A DNA stretch of 64,000 nt from the NCBI RefSeq assembly GCF_964355755.1, contig NC_092674.1, positions 29,698,001 through 29,762,000 of the forward strand, given 5' to 3'. Positions 26,301 through 38,300 of this stretch are shown here, piece after piece (position 1 is the first letter of the stretch; the number at the start of each line of letters is the position of its first letter). The position numbers were made by a program, and so were the translations under genes. The notes under the pieces were generated by a model. That model ran no database searches. It had not been told where the DNA came from and was given only the letters and a program-made list of their open reading frames with translations. This DNA is from Antedon mediterranea. Its lineage: Eukaryota > Animalia > Echinodermata.

Positions 26301-29300
26301 TATAGAGCATAGACAGAAGTCTATCTACTAGAGTTGATTATCTCGTAATAAAGCAAACATCCTCAGATCCAAGAAATATGTTCTTGCTGTTGAATAGGTT
26401 TTTAAAAAGTGTTAAGTTACCTTTATCATAGAACTTGTATCTAATATAGGCCTTGGCATGTTTGTCTATTTGTGTCTGGCCTGCACGCAAAGCACATATC
26501 ACAGGGAACACCGCGACATCTACGTTGATGTCAATTTGTGATGTCATCATCATGTGATCATCTAAACACCAATCAAAATCATATGTAGTGAGTAAGAATG
26601 GTAGTGGTAAAGAAAAACATTAAAAAAGATAAAATACACACTATATCAAAATTAATGTTTATTAATGTTGCTTACCTTGTTTAGGCCACCCTTCCATATT
26701 AATGTTTAATTAATGTTTATTAATGTTGCTTACCTTGTTTAGGCCACCCTTCCATATTAATGTTTAATTAATGTTTATTAATGTTGCTTACCTTGTTTAG
26801 GCCACCCTTCCATATTAATGTTTAATTAATGTTTATTAATGTTGCTTACCTTGTTTAGGCCACCCTTCCATATTAATGTTTAATTAATGTTTATTAATGT
26901 TGCTTACCTTGTTTAGGCCACCCTTCCATATTAATGTTTAATTATTGTTTATTAATGTTGCTTACCTTGTTTAGGCCACCCTTCCATATTAATGTTTAAT
27001 TAATGTTTATTAATGTTGCTTACCTTGTTTAGGCCACCCTTCCATATCCTGCATTGAATCATCAGGAGCCCAGCCTAGGCTACGAGCAGCATGGATCACC
27101 TTTTCTTGATCATGCTGGTGGGCTAGACTGATCAAAACCTCTAGGCCTCCACCTACTCTATCATTAGGAGATTGCGAGGCACTTTTAGGAGCATATTGCT
27201 CCTGGTGCTGCAATGATTGGATAGCTTCTGATGCATTGTCCCAGCCTAGTGGTGGTATGTACAGAGGATACCAGCCCTTTACTCCTATAGCAAAGAAATA
27301 AATTAAATATAATGTAAGAATGATCTTAAAATTTCAGCAAAAAAAAAGTTTTCTGGTAGATCAGAAGACTACAATGGCAACAGAGGATAAATAGATTTAA
27401 ACTTTACCAGTTTTACTGGTTAGTAGTCGTTTCAGGGGAATTGTAGAGCTCCCAAGCAAAATGTCACCAGAACTTGAGAACAGTCTTCTAGCTGTTACTG
27501 GTCTATTTACATCTGTATCAAGTGACTTCACATCAAGATCTTCAGAAAAAAAAATATAATTAATTAAAGTAGAATAGTAATCACTAATAGGCAAAAATCA
27601 GGTGACTTTCAATAGGCAAAATCAGGTGACTTTAACATGCAGAAAATCAGGTGACTTACAACATGTAAATAATCAGGTGACTTACCCGATTTGAATCCTG
27701 GTACTTGATGCCACACCTGGAATGTTATGTCACCTGACTCCAACACTTCAGCTAGGCTGATGCCACCTGCTTCAGATTCCTCACTAAACCATAATGGGCA
27801 AGGGAAGTCTACGTAATGAGCAAACTCTGGTGCAAAATTACGGGCTACACTCTGAGTTACTCTTATCTCCTAGAAAAAAAAGAATTTCTTCATTATTGCC
27901 AAATCATTGAGTAAACCAAACTTATCTTATCTTATGCCGTTTAAATTAATAAATATTGTTGTTAAAAATATTATTGTATCATGAAATATAAGTATAAGTT
28001 TCTTACATCGTTTGAAAGAAATGACATGACAGCCTTAACGTAGCTGTTGACGCCAACATCGCTAGGATACTGCATCCCAGCATCATGCCTAGCAACCGAC
28101 TTTGCTGCTGCCTGAAAACAAAGATAAAACAAATCATCAAATTAATGTAAACAAAAGAAAATCAAAAAACAAGAATATATCAATCCAAAGGAAATTACTG
28201 AAAAATATGACAAATCTGTTGGTATCAGTGGCTGGATCTCAATGCAGATACAAATAATATAAGCAAAAAAGCTAAATTAAACATAAAACACTCAGAAATA
28301 AATTTCAGAGCAAATTCCACCAGAACAAGAATATATATATACTCATATATGTATAGTATACATACAGACAATTTTGGTTTCCTAAAAAAGTTGTAGATTT
28401 GGATATATAAAGTTATAAAATGTATATAAGCAAACATTAACATTTTGACAGTAGTAAAGATTACCTTAAGTCCACAGGCCCTGAGAATACCAACAGAAAT
28501 ACAGACTTGAGAGCCAGTTGGCTTGCTTAAGCCATGCTCAGCTGGTGTCTTAATGTTGCTGGTCTTGTAGTTAATAGTAATATCCAAAAGGCCTGCATCG
28601 TGAAGCTACAAAAAACAAACAAAATGTATTATAAATTACTAAAGAAACTCAAATAAACTGTTCAAAACATTAAACTTTAAAGCTCTGTCCACACTATCAA
28701 ACTTTATGCGACAAAAAAATGTGATGTACCTATATATAGACATGATGTCATCATATCATACCACATTCAAGCATATCACTACTATATTTGAACACATCAC
28801 ACTTTTTTGGTCCAACTAGTTTAATAGCGTAGATAGAGCTTAAAGCCCCCTTCCCTACGTTTTTTAGATCTAATTTAAGATCACAAACTATATTTAATGT
28901 AAAAATAATACTATATGGTCCTATTGCGATAACTTTTTTCGTCTTTAAACGGTTAAAAATGTGAAAAATAAGTTGATTCTAATAATTATAGCGGCCCGCT
29001 ATAAATCCCAAAATGCATTGCGCGCGGATTGATATTGTTGTTTTTCACCTGTAATTTGCCCACTTTTCGATCGATCGTGAGGCCAAAACAAATGGAAGAC
29101 TCCTAACTTTTCAGCGAAAATACCGGGTTTTCCCCAATTTGTATCAACGAAGTCTGGCAAAAATAGAAAGACAATTAATGCAGCAACTATACAACGTCAG
29201 GCTAGGTATATAGCTAGCGTACGATGTTCGTACGTTACCGATGTTTACCAGCTAAGCCTACAAAACTAAGCCTAGCTAGGCTAGGCATAAGACCGTCCAC

Positions 29301-32300
29301 GAGAGGTAGATCGCCGCGAGCTACTTAGGTAGTGCATTGTTTCTCACTTTTTATCATAATTTACCATAAAACGTACATTTAAGACAAGGAATGACATGGT
29401 TTAATGTTTTTAAATTGATATATATGTATTATTTTCCAAAAAACGTCCAAATTTGCAGGAAAGGGGTCTTTAACTTACCATGACTGAAAATATATTGTAT
29501 ATTCAGATTGTCTAATAAATTAAATAATTGAGTTTTACCTTTGCTCTTTTTTCACTATCATTCTCATCTGATTCCAGCTGTGGTCTTAACGGTAGCGAGA
29601 AACTCTGTACTGATGTCTCGCCTCTTTTCTGCATGGTGACCATTGCACACAACTTGGCAAGAGGTAGGGTAGCCTATATAAAGTAAGAGTATGCTGTGAT
29701 AGGTGTGCTTAACATCCCATTTGAAAGATGAGGTGAGAATATTGAACAGGAAAACAATGATGCAATTATGTGTGGATGGTGGTGCTTTTTGTGCTTTGTT
29801 TATCGGTATTTTGCAAGTTGTGTACTCTGGAAGATGAGTCTTGTACAAAAAGGTCAACCAGTTTAAAGAAGATATAAAAGATTTTTCTGTCTATGAAATC
29901 TAAAATTACCTTAGCTAATACTTGGTCCCGTATGTTAGGACAGTAGTATCGACACCAGACTTCAAAAGGAATACCTCCTGCTCCTCCACCAACACCTGCA
30001 CAAGCTATTGCAACAAAATAACATTTACACTATTGTCATATCATAATCTAATTAAGAAATGAAGATGATTGTTTTGTTGTCCTTAATACTATCATCATAA
30101 TTGCTTGGCCGGACATAGCCACAAGTATGGTTGGTAAGGTTTTAACCTGACCACTTTTCTAAAGAGGCCTTTGACAATTATTTTTATGTAATCACCGCAC
30201 AACTTAATTTTTTTGTGGCTACGGCACTCATTACCAACACTATCAATCTAATGACTACTTTCATCTTCATCACCCCATTCTTTATCACTCTGATTGTCCT
30301 CACCTGTAAGTAGCTCTCTCTGTACTGGTATGCTGCTTGGTATCACAAGTCTGTGCCTACAGATATCATGAAACATTGGTTCTGGTATGCATAGTGTTGT
30401 AGCAGTCCTATGAGGCTTCAGAGATGGTGGGGCTAAAATAAATAAACAATTATCATAAATGGTGAGGAGATTTTGGAGAGCCCATTCATGCTAGTCAGAC
30501 CACCACCTGATTATTGTCCAAGTCCAATCCCATTGTCTACAGGGTCCATTCAATGTATTCGATAAGTATAACAAGTTTTGTTGAATGTGTACTAAAAATC
30601 AATCATCTTTACCATGTTTGATTAGCTGACTGGTGTGTGGCTGCTGGAGCAATGATGGAAAATGATACTGAACAAAGCAGTCAGCTTCTCCCCACACAGT
30701 ATCTTGGAATTGTGGGAACCCTCGTATGCCTTCAACTATAACTTCAAATGTGTGTTCTGGAAATTAAATATTCTTGATTATGAACTTATTATTTCTCTCG
30801 TGATCATTATTACAATATCAATCATTTTAAATTTAACTGTATTTAAAAGAATTTTCTTTACCTATCATATGTGTTCCTGAAGTGGAGTCATCGGTCCCTA
30901 AGACATTAGCCCTATAAGTCAAATAAAAATGTGTTTTTGAATACAATATAACAAATTATGTTATGCTTACTTAGGCTTGAATCTAACCCCTAGCCAGCAA
31001 CCTAAAGGTATGATGTGGAGGCAGTGATCTGGAGGTTGTGGGTTCAAATCCCGCTCAAGCAATAAAGTACCAATTACGCAAACATCTGACCAATTACCAA
31101 CACCCTGACGCAAAGCTACTCCACAGTAGTTAGTTATAAACAATTACAACCCTATATTTTTACTGTTTAAGTAGTATAATCCAATGTTCAAGTATAATCC
31201 CATCCCCCATTTAGGATAAATTTAGGCACAAAATTTGTCAATCCATTGTTAATCCAGAGTGTACTCCCACCACCTAATTTTCACCAAATTTCAAAAACAG
31301 GCCCCTGGGACTATATGCGGTAATGTATTATTGTATTAATTAAAAAAATTATTCTATTCTAATTCACCTTTCTAGAAAATGGTCTGGTCTATCTGGAAGA
31401 GGAACATTTGATTCCTTGTCTAGTTTCACCCGCTGTAATTCAGATATCTATAACAACAAAACCAAAACTTTCTTTCCAAACATCTTACAAATTATGTTAA
31501 TAATTCAATAACAGTTTTGATGCTGTTTTAGGTCACTTTCAGTCTCAGTTAAAAAAAAAAATAAAAAATAGAACAATTATCCTCTCTCAACTAATGAAAA
31601 CTTGGTTTTGTATTTAGTTATTAGTCAGTATTATGTAAATTAAGTCATTATTGGATGTTAGCCAAAGCAATTGACACAGTCTGTGTGGGTCTGTAGTAAT
31701 ATCATTACAGTTAAAAAGGTGTTGACTTACCTGGCCTTGTGACCCTAGCGATAGGAGAACCTTTAGCTGCCCATACTTGACCCCAGTGAAAGGGTCAACC
31801 ACTGGCAGAGAACTATCAACAGCCACAACTGGAAACTAGTGAGAAAATATTGATTTGATTATTTCATTATAAAAACAATTACAGATAAAATACAATGCAT
31901 ATATACAGGAAACATAAATCAACAACATAATAAATAAAAAAATTGACGTCAAGGATAACCCATAAAATTCTTCAAAAGACTTTTTTGCAATAATTGATAA
32001 TCAACATTTCATTTCTTTATTACTTTAAATGCATATTTATATATTTATACAGTAAAGCTCTGTCTACACTGTTAAACTAGTTTGACAAAAAAAGTGTACC
32101 AAATATGGTAGTGATATGGAATCATCATGTCCATATATGGGCACATCACATTATTTTGTCACATAAAGTTTGATAGTGTGGCTTAACACATAATATAATG
32201 AATGTACCTTTGATTTTAGCATTGCTGTTGATATTCTTGGATCTCTGTAGGACATATAAAACTGATGAAGAGGCAATTTTACTATTCCAACAAGCTAGAA

Positions 32301-35300
32301 ACAATAGGAGAAATACTGTATTAAAACTGTGAAGAGAAGCCTTTCAATAACCTAACCAAATATGCTTACAATTAATTAAGATTTTATGGCTAAGTTATTG
32401 ATGATGTTACTACCTGGTCATTTTCAGCAGAAGTTTTCTTGTCCCAAACCTCAACAATCATAAAGTTATTTCTGGTTCTTTCAAGCAATGATGGCGAAAC
32501 AAGTACAGGTGCAATCTAGAATGAAAACAAAGTTATAAAATCAAATAACAATGGTGACCATTTGAAATAAACGAGGCAGGGAGCTACAAAAAAATACTTA
32601 AAGATGACATACTTACTTGAAGAAATTCATAATCAGGTTCAGTAGTTCCCCAACAGACATTAGAATTCACAACGTCATCGGACCAGAACATTCGACATAC
32701 CAGATAGGTATTGCGCGTAACGTTATCACGACCAAAACCTGAATGAACAAGGCAGCACAAAATGTATATCAATCGCAGAATTCTGGGTTCAAATCCTGTC
32801 AGACTCCCTCATTTATATATCTTAAATATATTTACACCACAAGCACAGTGTACCATGTCCCATATAACTGGCTCAGCCTATATATGGTGCCAGTATTGGA
32901 TTTATATATATATTCTGTGGTTACCTGTTATACCAATGCCTGAGCTATGCTTTGGGTGTGCTTTGGTATGATTTAATGGTGCGATTCCCTGTAAAGTTAG
33001 GCCACTCCCAGTTGGTATGTGAAGTAGACAATGCAACGTCATCAGCTGGTAGCAGAAAATGAGATAATAATAAAAAACATAGTATATCAGTTATCACCAA
33101 CACAAGGTTTATCTGGGAAATTAGTTATTATCAAACACAAACAATGTAATTTATCAAAAACTAGCCTGTTAGTGACAATGATTCACTGTTGGTAAATTGA
33201 AATAAAAAATAAATAGAACAGATGTTTTGCTGTAATCAAGATTTGTAAAATAAAAATTGGTACTGGGAAAAAAATAACAATTTGGTTAAAAGCTCATACA
33301 CACCTCTGGTTGAGTGTTTGCTGGTGTCTGCTGCATTGGATTCTGAACACCAGAATGTAGTTTCTTTACATAAATCTCATTATGTTCGTCTACAGACTTT
33401 TGCTGAAATCTCCCACAAGTGTCATTCCTTACATGACGCCCTTGGTAGACCGGAATCCGACTCGGTTGACCACGACCCACTGAACTATGACCTTTTTTTT
33501 GAGTACTCATTTCATTTGAAGGCTTCTCTAAGTCAGAGATATCGTCCTTTTGATGTTTCGCATCAGTTTTAGCTGGTGGTGTTATTTTTGTAGGCGCTTT
33601 ATGAGAGGGGACAGCTAGCAGTTGTGACCCTTTCATTTCTGCAACTTTGACCTTTGCCAAGTCTTGCATGAAGTTTTTGCTGTCAGATGCCAATTCTACT
33701 GAGATCTGTGTACAAGATTATATTATATATTATAATATATAAATAATAATTGTTTTTATTTTCGGTGCCTTATTGTCGGATGTCACTGATCATATTGGTA
33801 TGGTTGTTTTTTTTCTAATTTTGCCAAAATACTATACCTGTAAATGAGCGACAATTTTGTCGCCGTCCTCATTCAGCTTGTCACTGTCGGAGCCAGACCA
33901 CCGCCCTCTATCTTTCTTGTCCTTAACAGGTATCTCAACCTGAATGCCAAGCCCAGATGACTCCAAGACAGACCGCAACGAAACACTTGCAACTCCCAAT
34001 AGGTCAGGCTAAAGTTAAATAAAGGTTTAGCAATTATTCCTTACTGCAAAATCTTTATATAAATGCACTGTTTATGTAAAGAACTTCTTTGTGTATATAT
34101 CAAAATAATGTATTTTTATTATTAGTATTTTTTATATACATTAAATAATATTTTGAATTTTATGGAACTTGAAATTCTATTACAATTTGATAGTAGTTTT
34201 TTTATTGAATTTTTATGAAATGTATTTTTGTACTGTATGGCCTCAATGATCAGCATGTAACACAGTTCAATAAAAAATATAAAAATTTTTAATTTTTAAA
34301 AAGCTTTTAATTAATTTATTGCAGTTTTATATACCATTTTAACTCCATTTAATGTATATTTTGTTGTTGAAAATGTTTAAAATAATTTTTTCATAATTTG
34401 TGGTATCAAAATAGCCTTACTGTTTTTTGCCCAGCTGTTCTTGTAAATATTTTAAAGACGAGTAAATGCTGCCACCATCTGTTGACAGCTGTTTCATCAA
34501 ATCTTACGGGGAAGACGGACCGGTGTGTGAAAGTCACATCTTTAAAAAAAAAAAGGAATTTAAATTTAAAAAGTTTTTATCTGCACTACATTTAAATATT
34601 TATTCATAAAATCATATTAAAGTTTAACCAAGTCTTTTTTTCAGATAACTGTCAACTTTAAAATTATCTTCAAAATATAAAAAAAAAATTCAAAGAAAAA
34701 TAAAAACAGTTCTTACTGGATTCTTGCACTTTCTTTGAAGCCAAACGCATAACCTCTGTAGCTGTTGTGACCTTTGACCCTCCATCTCGAGAAGTAGCTA
34801 CTACAGGAAATTTATACTCGACCAAGTACGTTCTATTGAATTATAAAATAAGGACTGATTAACATGGGGACAATGATAATAATATTTATTGATATTTTAA
34901 TTGATCTAAAATTTACAAAATGTTGACAAACAAATTAATTACTCGCTCGCTCACCTTTTGCGTTTCTGCACTGGTCTAGGTGGTCGGCTTTTAAGTTTAC
35001 GACTCTTAGGGGTTCTTGAAGGGGTGGGTGCTTCAGAAGATATGTTTTCTAGTATCATGTGATCTATATTGACCCTTGCAACATTGACCCTTCCAAGCAA
35101 GGTCAATCGTTCAATGCTCAGTCCTTCTACGACATTGAAACCTATTGTAGGAAATGTTTTACCATGTTTTTAATAAATGCGAAAATATATTACATATAAA
35201 TTAACTGTATATATAAAGTACTGCCAATGATGTATTTATAGTATGTTTTGTTGCTTGTTGTATTGTATTGTAAATAGTTTTAGCTTAGTTTTTCATGTCA

Positions 35301-38300
35301 TTTTCCTCAACATTGTTCTGTTCTGTTTGTTTCTTGGACCGCATCGCATATTCAAGGGTGCATAGTAAACAAATAAATAAATATATCTAACAATATTTAC
35401 AAAAATTATTTATCTAAATTCACAGGCATAAACAAACTCTACAAATAAATTAACCAAAATTAACCAAAGTTTAGATAAATATATCTAACAATATTTAAAA
35501 AAGATTATTTATCTAAATTCACATTTAGACATAAACAAAAACAAAATTATCAACAACTCACCATGACCTTTCACTTCGTCTTCAATGACATCATCAAAAG
35601 ACACTCTGGATCCTTCACTCCTTGCTGACAGACTGTGTACATCATCATCACTGACATCATCACGATTCTGTAACCTATGACCTAGTTCTCTACCGGTGTC
35701 TGGTTGGGATGAGTGACTTCCCTGTCGACTACTAACTCTTGAAGATTTTCTTGATGGAGGGCGCTGTAAACAAATTAGGTTGAAACAAAAACTGCACAAA
35801 TTATTTGGTTTCAGGGTGTGTGGTGTAGTGTGCTGGACGTTAGATTACTGATCGTGAGATCGAATCAAACTCTCGCCGCATTGCTTGTATCATAGGCAAG
35901 ACACTTTACTTACGTTTTCCTCTCTCCACTCAGATGGATAAAATGGTCACCGGTTAGATCAAGACACAACTTTGCGCTGATTACTAGCTGTATTATTATG
36001 ATTCCATACGTGTTTGATCCAAAAAATAACAGGAGTAATAATGTGCAGCGCATTGAGAGCTTGCTTATATGCATTATATAAGAATAAACTATCATGAACT
36101 ATTATTATTTTAGTAAGACTGAACTTTAACACAAATGAAAACACAATTACAGTTGAGAAAGTGAAAGGGCTTAAGTTTTGATTCCAAGTATTGGGCCTAC
36201 TTGCACCTGATTGTTAATAAAACAATCATTTAAACTAAAGCTCTGTCTACACTATAAAACTTTATGTGACATAAAAATGTGATGTGCCCATATACAGATT
36301 TTTTTTTTGATTTTTTTTTTATGATGAGATGAGATAGATGATGTCATATCACTACAATATTTGGGCACATCACTTTGTACTTACAATATTACCAGGATCA
36401 TCTATTGATATTGATCGATTATTGCTTTGGTTTAGTTTTTCATCTTCACTGCTGAGAATGTCACTTAAACTATCGCTACTGCTTTCCTTTATTAAAAACA
36501 GAAAATAACAAAATATATTTAGAACAATCAGCAGTCAAAAACTTAGATGTATTGTCCCTCTGAAAAATAATTTTTACAATATTTGTTTTTTTATAAACAA
36601 AACATATTTACCTGCCAGCCAATGGATTTTGTTTGATTTCAACCATTTATTATGTTGTTTTTTTTTAAGTGAAAACATTTTTTTTTTTCGTTTTTTTCTA
36701 CAAAAGTGATTCACTTTATTAAACCTACAAAATAACCTATTCAACGTATGATTTAATCTTCATTTTTCATGGTTTTGGGGTACAAAACATCTTTAAGTCT
36801 TAATTATGACATTTTCTGGAGTTTCAGAAATAAATGCTAAATGTTTGTTATTCTTGTGATGAACTGTACCATTCATTATGTATTATATACATCTGCCCTA
36901 ACTATTTATTCTTCGATGTTTAGGGACTTGAAAAGTTGTGACTATTTTTTTTAGCCCTTCCCATGATTTATTATGTTTTTATTTATGTTTACAATGTTTA
37001 TAATTAATTTTTTTGGTAAATAAAAAAAAGAAAACATAACAAAATAAGTAAATAGTAAACCTTGTACTCACAACATTTTTGTAGAATAACTCTTTCAGTA
37101 TGGTGTCATCATGAATCGGATCTTCTAACTCACTCATCATACCACCATCAGCATCACTGTTAGATGACACACTAACTGCATCTACATCATCCTGTTTAAA
37201 ACAAACATGTGGTACTCAGACAAATCATTGGGGAACAAACCTTAATAACAACAGTGGCGTATCCAGAATTTTGAAATAAAGGGGAGGAGGGCCTCAAGGC
37301 CTAAAAATGGTAAAATGAAGGGCTGAGTTTAATTTGATGTCCTATCTTATCATCACAATTTGTGAATCCACCCCTGAACAACAATGGTTAACAACACATG
37401 TTTGGGATGAAGAGTCAACATGCTAAACATGATGAGCAAGTATGGAACGCAAAGTGCATCTCATTACAAAGGGTGTTTAAAAAAGGATTGCGTTAAATTT
37501 GTAAATTAATGTTTAATGGATAGATTACAGTTGTTGAGAACATGGGAGATAAAGGGGTGGGACAAGATGAACCGGAGGTGAAATAAATATAAAGAGGGAA
37601 AAAGTAGGAAGACAAAAATGGAGGGGAGGGGAAGATGGATGAGGACATCATAGTTAAAATAGGGATAAGTGATTTTTTTTTATTAAACAGTACCTGGAAT
37701 TTTTGAAGCAGTTTTAACTTATTGTTAGGAACTGCATCCCCTAATACAAGCTCTACTGTCCTAGTTTCAAGGTCATTGAACTCAGTGGAATCATGGGTAT
37801 CAACCCTGAAAGGGTCCATGATCTCATGACCTCTGACACTAGCAGGTAATTGATGTCTTGTATCACTTTCTAAAACGTGTAGTAACTCATCAGATCTACG
37901 TCTAAAAATAAACAATATAGAATATAAAAGTACAGTAAATCATAAATGAATGTGATCTTTTTGAAAATATTCCTTGATAATTTATACCTATTATATGTTG
38001 TATGTTATCCGTAACGATATATATTACGTAATATATATGTTATATATATATAAATCCAAAGGCAAATTACTGAAAAAAATGACAATGCTGTGGGTATCAG
38101 TGGCTGGATCTCAATGGAGATACAAAAATAAAAAGCGAAAAGCTAAATCAAAACGATAAAGTAAACAGCCAGAAAAGTTAGCAGAGTTTTGGGCAACACT
38201 AGCCCTTCATCAGTGCAAGTGAAGGAACCTGGATAACGTCATAGTAATATATATATATATATATATATATATGTTACGATAAAAATGTAATGACATAATT

